Notes: generated from the sequence alone by a model not told the origin. DNA of 64,000 nt from Cetorhinus maximus (GCF_964194155.1 NC_135905.1:18786001-18850000); one strand, 5' to 3'. Positions 23,389 through 36,041 are shown, numbered from the stretch's first letter. Made by a program: numbers and translations.

Positions 23389-25133
23389 GTGGCTGGAAAC
23401 GTTAGGTGGGAGGGCAAGTTAGGTGGGCACTTGGCTGCCCCCCCTCCCCACTGTTTCTCAGACGAGTGCTTTGCGGTCCTCGTGGAGGACGTCAGTGTCG
23501 AGCGGGACACTCTCATACCCAGGGATGGCAGGAGGAGGCCACCGCACCTGCCCAAAAAAGCCTGGGAGGAGGTGGCAGCCAAGGTCAGCGGCAACGATGT
23601 TGTGCAGCGCACATGGGTCGAGTGCTGCAAAAGGTTCAATGACCTGCTGCACTTGGCAAGGGTGAGCACCGAGTTGGCATGGATCAGTGTGGAGAAGTGC
23701 TAAGGTCTGGTCGTTCCCCCAGTGGAGCTCAGAGGTGTTAGAGTCTGAGTGCCAACTGTCACTGACACCAGAGCTGGCCAAGGGGGTGAGCCCTGGCTGC
23801 TTGGGCTGAGTGCCTTGTGGGTCAAAGGCCACGACTCGGATGTGCCCTGCAAGGTGTTCCTCAGGTGGGTTTGGCCAGGCTGCAATGGCGCTGCAGGTAG
23901 AGAGTGAACCAATCAATGCTCCACTGTTCTTTCAGGAGAAGAGAAACCATAACAACATCAAGAGGTCATGGACCCACCAAACCTGTTAATTTGCATGAGG
24001 TACGAAATGGACACCTTGGAGCTGGAGTGCCGCCACCCACCTGGGTCAGCCGGTCGTGGAGAGGCAGGAGTCTCTGACGAAGTGAAGAGTGCAGTGCACA
24101 GAGGTGAGAGTGTCGGATTGTACAAACACTCATCATTGATGGGAGCCTCAAACCTGGAGTCTGCATTGATCATTGAAGGATGATGGCACCATGATGCAGA
24201 TCTCAATTGTTTCACCAGGGTGCCTGGCATGCACAATGACAGTGTGATGACTTAAACTAATGACATGTCCTTCTTCTCCATAAGATTCTCCAGCTCAGAT
24301 TCAAACGCAGGACCCCGAAGATCCACCCTGGATGCCAGAGGACCACAGAGCTTTAAATGCACCTGCGTCACACCCACCCTCTGAACCAGGCACCAACGCA
24401 GATACCAGCACCTTGGTGGGCGTTAGATCGTCAGCAAGAATATCAGTGCACATTGGTGAGGGCACTTCACACTCGCTTGAGGAGCAGGGGGAGGCAGAGA
24501 GTGCCCAGGGCGCCAGCAGTCAGAGGTCTGTTGGAGACCAGGACGAAGCTGAGTCACAGGCAGATGATGAGCTTCTGGAGTCATCCATTAGGCAGCAGAT
24601 GCTGGATGTCCAGCAAGGTGCAAGGGAGGACCTGGCACAGATCCATGAGTGTATGCGTGCCATGGTCTCCATTGTGGAGGAGTCCATGCAGAGCATGAGC
24701 TCAGCGTTGACCCTCATGACCGAGTGCACTGCCTCTGCCATGGAGAGAGTGACAACTCTCATGGAGAGGAAACTCCAGGGACAGAAACAGAGCTTCCTGG
24801 GGTGGCGCTCGGACTTGCAAGCCCTCACACAGGCAATGACCTCAGGTGGTCAGTGCCGGTGTGAGAGATAGTGAGGCACCCAGTATCCCAGCTAGCTGCC
24901 CATCCTTCAATGGTGAACAGGAGGTCCAAAGCGACCTCACGTTGGTGCACGGCTTGCTTTTTGTCTCTGCGGGCTCCTCTCAGGGTGCTCTGGATGACGG
25001 CAGCAGCTCCTCCGCCCCTCTGCCAGTGACCATGGTGTCCGATGAGGTTACGGTGACTGGGGAGATGCCAGCGGTGGAACTGGCCACTCCCTCCCAGGCA
25101 ACGCCAGCACAGGCTCCACTGGCCAGAGGATGA
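23389..25133 (+). pseudogene. Harbinger Myb/SANT-like DNA-binding protein gene (NAIF1/MSANTD-like), spliced, decayed
   Basis: 'FSDECFAVLVEDV...AWEEVAAKVS...RTWVECCKRFNDLLHLAR' trihelix motif. Donor AGG|gtgagc at 23661, acceptor ttctttcag| at 23935 (EKRNHN...), acceptor at 24284, then a coiled-coil-like 'QQMLDVQQ...ASAMERVTTLMER'. Frameshifts and stops are present. Confidence 0.8.
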
Positions 25134-25655
25134 CCGCTAAGGTCATCAAGGCCAACAGGACAGCAGAGTCAGCAGCTGTCTCCAATGCCCTTGCCAGCGA
25201 GAGAGGGGGCGGGGGGGGCAACAAGCATAGCGCTCGCAAATGTAAGTTTAAGGCACCATGAGCACAAGAGGGACTGTTCACGGGTGATCTTCCGTTCGGC
25301 CATGTTTTGTTACTATGGTGTGCCCATTAACAATGATATATAGTTATGTTCATTTGATGAGTGTGTCAACATGATATAAATTTTGCTTTTGTCTTAATGG
25401 CCTGAGTATGCTTCACTTGTTTTGTTGCTACAGGGTACACCAGTATCACATGCTGGATGTGAGAGGCTCTAAATTTTATTGCATAGGCACTGAGTGTTCT
25501 TTGGGTTCAAATGAAAGGGTCATTTCAGGCATCCGGGATGGAGGTGGCAGCCCTGGTGTGCGGTTGAAGCTGATCTTCGGCAGCCTAGCTGAAGGAGCGT
25601 TGGATCAAGGTGTCCCTGGTGTCCCTGCCTCCCTGAAGATTCCAGAGGCCTGCCT

Positions 25656-26835
25656 CTACACCCTCAGCATTCTCCTCACCACTGGATTCATCCTCTGTGG
25701 CCTGTGGAGCTGCCTCAAGCGTACCCTGCAGCTACAAAACAAGTGAAGCATACTCAGGCCGCTAAGACAAAAGCAAAATTTATATCTTCGTCCAGTGGGT
25801 CCCCCTTTGCTAGAGCCAGTTTGTGGAGAGTGCAGCATATGACCACTATCAGTGACACCCATTCTGGGGGGGTATTGCAGTGCTCCCCCTGAACGGTCCA
25901 GGCATCGGAAGCACATCTTGAGAAGACCTATGGTCATCTCGACCACCGCCCTTGTGGAGGCGTGACTCATATCGTAACGCTGCTCTGCCTCTGTTCTCGG
26001 GCGACGGGGAATCATCATAAGCCACCTTTTTAACGGACGCTCAGCAGCCATCCATCCAGTCGAGCTGGAGCAGTGAAGAGCCCCGGCACCTGGGAGTGTC
26101 TGAGGATGTAAGTGTCGTGGGAGCTGCCTGGGCACCTTGCACAGACTTGTAGAATCTGTGTCTTGTGATCACACACTATCTGCACGTTCATGGAGTGGAA
26201 GCCCTTCCTGTTGACAAAGGCACCGGACTGACCCGCTGGCGCCTCGATGGCCACATGTGTGCAGTCGATTGACCCTGGATGCGGGGGAACCCAGTAATTG
26301 CTGCAAAGCCTCTGGCTCGCTCAGCCTGACTGGCCTCATCCATCCAGAAATGAATAAATGTCAGTACCCACCTGAACAGAGCATCAGTCACCAGCTTGAT
26401 GCATCTGTGGACAGCTGATTGGGAGACTTCACACAGATCCCCCACTGAGCCCTGGAAAGAGCCGGGGGCATAGAAGTTGAGGGTCACTGTGACCTTCAGA
26501 GACACTGGCATGGGGTGTCCACCCACACAGTCGGAGCTGATCTCAGGCCCAATCATCTGACAGATGGAGGTCACTGTCTCCCTGGAGAGGCGGAGCCTCC
26601 TTCGGCATTGCACATATTGAGGTAGCTGCATCGCTGCCTGTAAACCCTGGCAGCAGAATAGTGGCATCTTCTGCGGCCCCATCTGCCTTGGCCTTCCTGG
26701 TGGTCCTGCGCCCCTTCTGCCTGCACCTCTCCTCCCACAGGTCCCTTCCCTGGAAGCTGCATCAGGACACATGGCCTCCTCTCCTTCTGCCTCCCTCTTT
26801 CTCCTCAGAAGAGGTGCCACCAGCGGAGACCACAA
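25656..26835 (-). pseudogene. Harbinger (HARBI1-like) DDE transposase, frameshifted
   Basis: Split over three ORFs: 'RLRLSRE...YAPGSFQGSVGDLCEVSQSAVHRCIKLVTDAL...GFPRIQG', '[17 protein letters not shown]...[10 protein letters not shown]', and 'PLKRWLM...EQRYDMSHASTRAVVEMTIGLLKMCFRCLD'. Confidence 0.9.
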
Positions 26836-28899
26836 TCCTCATTACCAGGGTAATGGAAGGCTGCCTGATACCTGGAAAGGTCCACACAGTCAAAATCCTC
26901 CGGGTGCCTTGGAGACTCCAATGAGTCCTGAAATGAAGCCGGGAAATGCTAAGAATGAAGCTCAGAACAGAGATGAAGCTGCCAAGTTCAAATAAGCAAC
27001 CAGCAGCAAACTATCTCCTAAACTCCTCACTAGTCACACTGGCAACGCTGCTGACCCTTTTTATCCTGCTCTTGGGTGAGGTTTTGTTAAAAGTGGGCTG
27101 CCCATTTTGCCCGTGCAGCAAGTGTGAAATTGTGAACAATTGCCTTTTTAATGGTCTTTTAATTGTTGGTGGGCATGGCTCCGAAACCCGCGTTCGACTG
27201 CCGACCTGAAGATTGCTCGCGTGCGAGATAACGTTGGGACACTCGCCCGAAGTCATCTCACGCTATTCCACATTCGTTTGGGTCAGGTGCATATACACCC
27301 ACGAGGCGTAAAATTCTGTCCTATGAGTTACGGTAGATTTGGCACAACTGCCTTGCCATTCCTTCAGGGACTTGTCAATCCCCAAAAATAATTCCGTCTT
27401 CTTTTTAAAAGAATTCTTACTTTCCTTTTCTGTCTTGCTTTTCTCTGTTAATCCACCCACAGCCTTATTTCTTTTTCTGTCTCTAATTTGACTCTAATTC
27501 CTTCTGATTTCCTTTCCTGCTACTTTCTCTATCCTCTTCTTTCATAGGTTAAGGAGATGGGTCATTGGGTACGGCATTCATGAGACCCTAGTTGGCACAT
27601 TGACATTGCTGCGCTGTTATTAGACCAATGTTGCAGCAATTAGAGGCACCAATATAGTGAGAGGTCAGTAGTGAGCTAAAAAGCCCTATCAACATCATTC
27701 ACCATTAATCCACCATTCAGCTCAATATCACCATTATAGGAACACCAACAAGAAGAGATCGGCTTTTGGAGGTGTCGGGGTGAACGTGGCCATCAAATCT
27801 TGGGATCTGTTCCGAAATTCCATCGGTGGTGTATGCATGCGCTCCGAGGCAGTGTCCACTAACATTACTGGTGAGCTTTGTGAGTTGAATGTGTTTGAGG
27901 GAGCCTTGAGTGGTTCTCTGCCAAGTTGCAAAGATTAGCACCATTTCAATCCTTCAAGATTACTTTTGCATGTGAATTATCAAAACTGCATACCTCAATG
28001 TTAACCTAAAACATGAAAACGGGCCTGTGAAGCTACGAACTGACTGGCTTAGAAAACCTAATCAAAAACACTTTGATGTAGGTTTGACTCAGTTCTGGTA
28101 CCGAGCCCTCCTGAGCAGAGGGAAGAATTCAGTTACTACTTTGCAGTCTCATTGCATAAGCTCAGTTAATGCCAGCTAGAGAGATATTAGACATCTATGA
28201 AGTACCCTCAGGTTAGATCGATGGGACAGATTGGTTGCAGAATAAAATTCCTTCTGTCTTCAGTCCCGACCTCAGAACCCTTGCTGCACAGAATGAATTT
28301 CCATTTCCCTCTCCACCACTTTTGAGTCTTTCTAAGATTGTTATTTGTAATGTTAATTATTGTCAAATTAACAATGATATGTGCAGTGGAAACATGTCAA
28401 CTAGGAGCTGGATGGAGACTGTCCTAAAATCATTTCATTTTATGGCCCCAACAGCTATCAGTATAAAGGCACCTATATTCCATCTAGATGAGCTGAATTC
28501 AACTTAAAGCAACAGACTGGAAAGAATAGTGTGTGATAGTGATAATTGATCCACACAACCCTAAAGACCCTGAGCAACTAGGAACTTTTAAAACCAAAAC
28601 TATATATTGAGAAAATAAAATCAATAAGTCAACACTAAAGCCTAGAAAGTGGATTGAATGGCGACTGTTTTCTGAATGAAAGCTAGATGTTGAAGGCTCT
28701 GTACCAGCAGAGCTGCCAAATTGGTTAGGTAATTCAGGTAGCCTGCCTGAAAATGGCTTTAGCCCCATTCCCTGTGCAAACGAAAGACCAAACAACCACT
28801 TCAGGCCCCTTTGGGAAATTGGATTACATGTGCAATGCATAATGTGTGTTAACTATTTATCAATTGTGTTTAATGATATTAAATTAATTTAATCATTTA

Positions 28900-29117
28900 A
28901 TTCACTGCCTAAATCGGTGGTTAAGGCTGAAACACTCAACTCATTTAAAAGGTACCTGGATCTGCTTCTGAAGCTCTGTAACCTGCAAGGCTATGGACCA
29001 GATGCTGGAAAGTGGGATGAAAATGAGCGGCGAGTTTCTTTTTCATCTTTTTCTGGCTGACATCGACATGATGGGCTGAATGGCCTCTTTCTGCGCCGTA
29101 ACTTTTCTATGGTTTTA
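28900..29117 (+). mobile_element. CR1 LINE 3' end (same subfamily as 40860-41085 and 61605-61975)
   Basis: 'ttcactgcctaaatcggtggttaaggctgaaacactcaactcatttaaaaggtacctggatctgc...gatgggctgaatggcctc' is near-identical to the 40861-41080 segment. Confidence 0.8.
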
Positions 29118-30098
29118 TATGCAGGTGAAGGGCATTAATTCGGGTTTCACTTGAGCACCTATATAGAGACACTGAGGGGTTGTCCTCTTCATTAATTTAT
29201 TTGACCTTTTGTTAAATTTGTCCCCTTTTTTGGTTAGGTGGTATATTAAAAAGAATATAAAGAGACACTGAATCTGTGGGTGTTGAGTTCGGAGGCATAT
29301 GCTTGTAATGTTTCTTTCTGTAAGTAAATCTAAGACTGAGTAAAGATTGGCTCCAGTTTCATCCTTCACCAACTAGCTTTCTCGGATACAACACTGTGGT
29401 TAATTTCTTCAGGCCTAAAGTGGCTAAATCACTGGTCCTTGAGGGATCGTTGGAGACTGTCACCAAGGAGTTAAGTAAGTGAATGTTGTTGAGCTAAATA
29501 TGGGACCACAAGGAGCAGCGGTGTTTCTTTTGACACCTCCTTGAAACTGGCACCTAGAGCAAGCTTCCCCCCCCCGATCTCCTCTCTCCCTAACATGCTG
29601 TCAGCCCTAAGCCAGCATCTGTGCTGCGCTCCCTTTCTCCTTTTCACGGCCACTTGGGACGCAACTAGAGCCTCCAGCACCACCCATCGCGTCCTGATGG
29701 TGTGAGTATTAATCTCGCATGGTCCCTCTCGCAGTCATTCCTGCAGCTGGGCTGGTGCCTGTATTTCTAGGTTAAATTGCCCTTTTCAGATTGTTGAGTT
29801 TTTTTTTTAAATGCTGTGTTCACACCTTTTTAACCAAAAATGAACAAACTACCTTAGAGGAAGCAAGCTATTAAATAATGTAACATATAAATAATTTATT
29901 GCACACTTATTTATTTCATTTTGTGTAGCCATGACCCACGATTCCCAAAGGACAGCAATTAATTACACAGAATCTACAGCACAGAAACAGGACTTTCTGC
30001 CCAACTGGTCTAAAGCAGCTTTTATGCCACACACAAGCCTCATCGTATCCATCTTCTTCTCACCCATCAATATATCCACCTATTCCTTTCTCCCTCAA

Positions 30099-30587
30099 GG
30101 GCAGAATTTTTACCCTTGGCGGGCGGGGGCAGTCAGGAAGCCCACGATCGGCACCGTACCGCGATTCCACGCTGGCCAGCCAATGGAGGCTGAGCGCTGC
30201 CCGTGCGGGAGGGGGGGGCGGAGTGTGAGCCGGCCGAGTGCGAATTTCACGCACGCACGCGAAAGAGCGCTTCACGATCTCCTTGAGGCAGCTCCGTGCC
30301 TCAGGGAGATGACGATGTAATAAAAAAAGAATTTTAAAAATGTAACAGAACATCCCCTCATGCGACTCTGTCACATGAGCAGGGACGTGTTATTAATGAA
30401 AAATTAAAAGTTTTCATTTTATTTTTCTTTGCTTTTGGAAACCTCATCCCGTCTGGCGCACGCCTGCAGACCAAACTGTCACGTGAGTGCACGTTGACAT
30501 CAGCACGCTTGGCTGATATCAACGCACATCCTATCACGCTCGAGAGGGTTGGGCGTGCGCCCGCCCGCCAAGCGAAAGTTTTTGCCC
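30099..30587. mobile_element. Harbinger-type MITE inserted into a reversed CR1 3' fragment (about 29965-30650)
   Basis: About 30-bp TIRs: gggcagaatttttacccttggcgggcggg ... cccgcccgccaagcgaaagtttttgccc. Flanks CAA / CAT (imperfect 3-bp TSD). Confidence 0.8.
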
Positions 30588-32364
30588 CATGTCTTTATCT
30601 GGCTTCTTCTTAAATCCATCTATGCTATTTGCCTCAGCCACACTCTGTTGGGAAAAAAAACGATTGAAAACAATCAGTTTTCAGTGAAGGGTAGAAAATG
30701 AGCATTAGGAATAATGGAACACATTGTGCAAAGAAATTACTCCATCCTGGAAACAGGATGGTTTGTAACAGAATCACATAAACAATAAAATTATCAACCC
30801 CGCCCTCTACTGTGTGAAAGGCATAAATGCCTTTGTTAGTTCATACCGCAGTTTCATGAATTACTTTTAGTGCTCACAAGTCTTTAATAGCAAGGTTTAA
30901 TTATACTTACAAATCTCCCCTTTTTAACTTTAGTTTGTAATGTTTCATACAGACTAGTGGGTCACCTGTGGCATTACTCACAGATATACCAAATTGTGAC
31001 ATTTGAAGTGTGACAGGGTGTATGTATAATGCTTTAAGAAAGTAGCCACTATATGCAAGACTTATTGCCAGATTTGTTACGTCATCACTGACAGCACATT
31101 GGAAATATGAAGCTTTGCAACAAACAATTTAGTAGATCACTGATTAGTCATAACCAGGTGTGTGGAAATCTATTTTCCTTTTTTTTTGGGAATCACAGCA
31201 GTATTTTCAAAATCAAATTAAGACAACTTGGAATACTTTTCCACAATAACCATCAATTATTTTGTCTTTAGTTTGTGTATTCAATGTTTATCTCTTACCA
31301 TCCTACCATGTGGGGGTTATATAATCCCTCAATGCTTTTTCAGTTCTACCAAACCCAACACCACGCACCTCTAGAATACTTAAATCTGACTTTCCCATCA
31401 CTGCCAAATTCTATAAACTGCATTGTACTTCCAGCCTCCTCTGCTACTATGAAATTTCCTGCCTAGAACTGTGAATCAAAGAATGACACACACAATCAGC
31501 CCATCATACTCGTGCTGGCTCTTTGATAGAACTATTCAATGAACCCCACTCCCCTCCTCTTGCTGCAATGCCCTGTATGTGTATTTCCTTCAAGGTTTTA
31601 TCCAATTCCCTATTGAATCTGTTTCCAGACAGTGCATTCCAAACCACAACAAGCCACAGTGTTTAAAAAAAAGTTTCCTCAAATCACCTTTGTGCCAAGG
31701 AAAAATATAAGTCATGCTTCCAACAAATTTGTTATTTATTGCAATGAATTATTGACTTTTCTTCTATTACTGTGTATTTTAACACAGAAGATTGTGTTTC
31801 ATAATAAATTATATATAAAAATAGAAACTTGCTACCACAGGGAGCAGTTGAAGTGAATAGTATAGACATATTTGAGGAGAAGCTAGATAAGGACATGAGA
31901 CTGAAAAGAATAGAAGAGGCTGCTGATAGAGTTAGATAAGGAACAATGGGAAGAAGCTCAAGTGGAGTATAAATATCATCATGGACTGGTTGGCCTGAAT
32001 GGCCTGTTTCTGCACTATATGTACCATGTAAGTCAGTTACAAACTATAAATTAAACAATGAATTTAGGATCTATCATAAGTGACTTTACAGGTTAGACTT
32101 GGCTATTAGCTTACTCAATAAGGCAACAATCTCAGATTAGCTCTCTGGATATTATTTTATATAAAGTATGCGGTCATAATTTTTAAAGGTTAGAAAGTGC
32201 AGAGGATTTTTGCTATTAAAAGAGTTCCAACATCTAACCGTCATTAGTGATGACACTCATAAGACTATTCATCTCCATGATGCCATCATTATAGCTGTAT
32301 TTCTAGGGAAGTATTCACAATGTATCACAGAAAAGTTATATTCATAGCATACACAATATTGTTC

Positions 32365-33350
32365 CTCAGGATAGTGTCCTAGGTCCAACCATCTTCAGCT
32401 GTTTCACCAATGACCTTCCACCATCGTAAGGTCAGAAGTGGGGATGTTCGCTGATGACTGCACAATGTTCAGCACCATTCGCAACACCTCAGATATTGAA
32501 GCAGTCCATCTCCATATGCAGCAAGACCTGGACAACATTCAAGTTTGGGCTGATAAGTTGCAAGTAACATTCATGCCACATAAGTGCCAGGCAATGACCA
32601 TCTCCAAGAGATGATTTAACTATCTCCCCTTGACGTTCAATGGCATTGCCATCACTAAATCCCCCACTTTCAACATCTTGGGGGATACTATAAACCAGAA
32701 ACTGAACTGGACCAGCCCACATAAATACAGTAGCCATAAGAGCAGGTTAGAGGTTGGATATTCTGAGGTTAGTAACTAACCTTCTGACTCCCCAAAGCCT
32801 GCCCACATTCTACAAGCACAAGTCTGGAGTGTGATGGAATACGCTCCACTTGCCTGGATGAGTGCAGCTCTAACAACACTCAAGAAGCTTGACACCACCC
32901 AGGACAAAGCAGCCCGCTTGATTGGCACCCCATCCGCCAACTTCAACATCCATTCCCTCGACCACTGACACACAGTGGCAGCAGGGTACACCATCTACAA
33001 GATTCACTGCAGCAACTCACCAAGGCTCCTTTAATAGTGCCATCTAAACCTGTGACCTCTACCACCCAGAAGGACAAGGGCAGCAGATGAATGGGAACAG
33101 CACCAGCTGCAAGTGCCCCTCCAAGCCACTCATCATCCTGACTTGGAAGAATAATTGCCATTCCTTCACTGTCATTGGGTCAAAATCCTGGAACTCCCTC
33201 CCTAACAGCACTATGGGTGTACCTACAACACATGGACTGCAGTGGTTCAAGAAGGCAGCTAACCACCACCTTCTCAAGGGCAATTAGGAATGGGCAACAG
33301 ATGTTGGCCGTACCAGTGAAGCCCATATCCCATGAGAGAACGAAGAAAAA
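32365..33350 (+). mobile_element. Non-LTR LINE (CR1/L2-group, second family), RT domain to 3' tail, decayed
   Basis: VPQDSVLGPTIFSCFTNDLP...GMFADDCT reverse-transcriptase motifs at 32380-32460, and the same tail as 15503-16115. Confidence 0.88.
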
Positions 33351-33414
33351 TAAGGTTTTGTGATTTTGAAAGTTAAAAATTGACATCTTACTGTGTCCAC
33401 ATTTTAAAAATTCA

Positions 33415-33766
33415 TTCACGGGATGTGGGCTTTGCTGGCTGGGCCAGCACTTATTGCTCATCCCTAGTTGCCCTTGAGAAGGTGGTGGTGAGCTGCCTTC
33501 TTGAGCCGCTGCAGTCTATGTGGTGTATGTACACCCACTGTGCTGTTAGGAAGAGAGTTCCAGGATTTTGACCCAGGGACAGTGAAGGAGCGGTGATATA
33601 TTTCCAAGTTAGGATCGTGAGTGACTTGGAGGGGAACTTCCAGGTGGTGGTGTTCCCATCTATCTGCTGTCCTTGTCCTCCTAGATGATAGTAGTCATGG
33701 GTTTGGAAGGTGCTGTTGAAGGGGCTTTGGTGAATTTCTGCAGTGTATCTTGTAAATGGTGCACAC
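33415..33766 (-). mobile_element. Same LINE family, 3' fragment, inverted (tail-to-tail with the preceding copy)
   Basis: Reverse complement of about 32984-33340. Confidence 0.85.
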
Positions 33767-34269
33767 GTAAATCCACTCTTGGTAACCTCTTAAATCTGCC
33801 TAATCCAGACTCAGTAGTATTTTTGCTTATTTTACAGATTCGAATTAATCTGAGAAAAATCCGAATCTATTCAAAATTTGGGACACTTGGAAAAATATTA
33901 AATTTAAACAAAGTGCTGGAAAAATTCAGTATGACCATACAGACTCCAAATGTTAACTGTTTCTCTCTCCACAAATGCTGTCAGACCTGCTGAATTTTTC
34001 CAGCATTTTCCATTTTTTATTTCAGATTTCCAGCATCTGCAGTATTTTGTTTTTACTTTTGTTCAAGTTTGTTATTGTCCGAAATTGAAATAATAGGTCT
34101 GAAAAAACAAAATAATTCTTCCCATTTAAATTACCAACCACTATTTCAAAGAATAACAAACTGAAATGGAAATATATTTTCTTGGTGTGTTGCGGTCACT
34201 AAATAAGATTTCAGTTCTCCCTATTCACCACCTGGTGGAGCTCAAACCTCATGGAGCTGTCCAGCGGCT

Positions 34270-34290
34270 GGCGCTCTCCGTGGTCCTGAA
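34270..34290 (-). promoter_or_regulatory. RE1/NRSE (REST binding site), with an extra right half-site at 34253-34262
   Basis: The minus strand reads TTCAGGACCACGGAGAGCGCC, 19/21 to the consensus TTCAGCACCACGGACAGCGCC with canonical spacing. The adjacent half-site is GGACAGCTCC. The cholinergic locus is a known REST target. Confidence 0.82.
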
Positions 34291-36041
34291 CCCGCCAGGT
34301 ACCAAATTTATCTGCAATGTTGTCTATGCAGCTACAACCCTATCTTTCCATAATTCACCAAAGGGTAATCTGTATCGGAAGCTAATAACGCAGTTTAATG
34401 CCCATGAATATATTGTTATTTAAAATAACTTTTGTAAAGAAATAATTTATTTTACTCAGTCAATCGAATGTCAAACACATTGTACAGTTCATTATTTTTT
34501 AAGTTGAAACCTATTTGCCTACATAGTATTTCACCAATAGGATTCACTTAAACCCTCAATATCTTGGCAAATTGTTTACGCTATTAAAACATTGTAGCGG
34601 CATGTCTCACAGCAAAATTGGTTACCACAGGGGCAGCATCTAATATTGTATACCCAATATTTAATTTTATTCAATACATTTCATACATTGAGGGAAATCG
34701 AGACAAGCACATGAGGGAGAAAGGAATAGATGGCTATGCTGACAGGTTGCGGTGAAGTAGCGGGAAGAGGTTCGTATGGAAAATGAACACCAGTATCAAC
34801 CAGTTGGATCGAATGGCCTGTTTCTGTGCTGTAAATTCTATGTGATTTATGTAATCTGAAAATACAAAAAATTAAACTTACTTTCTAACAATCTAATGAC
34901 TAAACGAACCTAACAAGTGGCAATCTTGAAATATTCCTAAGTGTGTTGCAGATTTTAATTCAAATCGACTTTTTTTTCCACAAAAGATAGGACTCGCTCT
35001 TTGCATTGCCTCTTGTTTCAGGTGAAACCGGTGGAGTTAACAAAACCTAAATCTCTAATCTCAACACGTGGGAAATGTGTCTGGCTGGAATCTTTATTTC
35101 ACTGAAATGTGTTTATAATTGGGACGGATTTTCCATGCTGTGAACAAAGCTAAAGACAAACAGAAATCTCTGGGCCGAGTGCGTTGTTTAATTATTATGA
35201 ACCGAGGGGTTTTAATTGGATCTACCCAAGACTCTGTGTTGCTTTGTTTCAAGATCTCGTTAATTTTTGTTGATGCAACATAAGGTCACGACTCATCGCG
35301 TCTCGCTGGAGTCTGTACCGCAAACAAAATTAAGGGAAATGTTTTATCTGAAAGAATTCAGGGGGGTTGGGTGGATGAGTGAGGTCGTAACATTGAAATG
35401 AGTAAATTAGGCTCCTGTACAGACTAATTCTGTTTTCCAGAAATCTCCACTAATAAGATTGATCGTGTAATATAATAAACCATCGGCTAAATAACATTGC
35501 ATCATTCTGATCGACCAGGGTTAATTCTTTTAATTGTGCTTCCTTATTTCCATTCGGCTGAGGCAGCTTTTTGTTTAAGTGGACACCAATTGATTTATGA
35601 CATTCACCAGCCTGCTGCTATCCAATTAATGAACTCTGTATGAGATGTATTTATGTTCATGCGGGGAAAACGCGTTGACTTTTTAAACCCGTGCTAAATC
35701 CGGAGAGGAAAAAAAAATGTTAATTTTGTGCTTTGAGCATTTGCACTTCGAGCTGCCCTGGACAGTGGGGCAGACAGTGAGGTCACAACTAAACTACGGC
35801 AGTGACCACCATCAGCAGCCAGTTAGGATTGAACTGCATTATTACTTGTGACATGTATTTCAGAGCAAATGGTAATGTGCTGTGATCCTCAATGTCTGTG
35901 TAGTAACAGTTTTAGACGAGATTTTGTCATTGCAAGATATGGCCTACACACCTGATGGTAAACACAGTTAGTCCAGAGTCTTAATAGCCCTGAATGCTAC
36001 TTCCTGAGAGGAATATGTCCAATGTCTTTAAAATCTCCCAT

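Larger units (their letters stand above)
23050..27321. mobile_element. PIF/Harbinger DNA transposon, near full length but decayed (convergent Myb/SANT gene and transposase gene)
   Basis: GC-rich block with both hallmark genes. Right terminus ...gtaaaattctgtcc (27321) matches the GGGCAGAATTTT-type TIR of local MITEs. The left boundary is approximate. Confidence 0.85.

Noticed and set aside
23389-26835. Domesticated HARBI1/NAIF1-like host gene pair
   Set aside because: Multiple frameshifts and stops, including around catalytic motifs, and a TIR-like end indicate a decaying transposon.
32468-32478. Additional RE1 sites (TTCAGCACC at about 32469; GGAGAGCGCT on the minus strand at about 51500)
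   Set aside because: Isolated half-sites with no correctly spaced partner; the first lies inside a LINE RT sequence.
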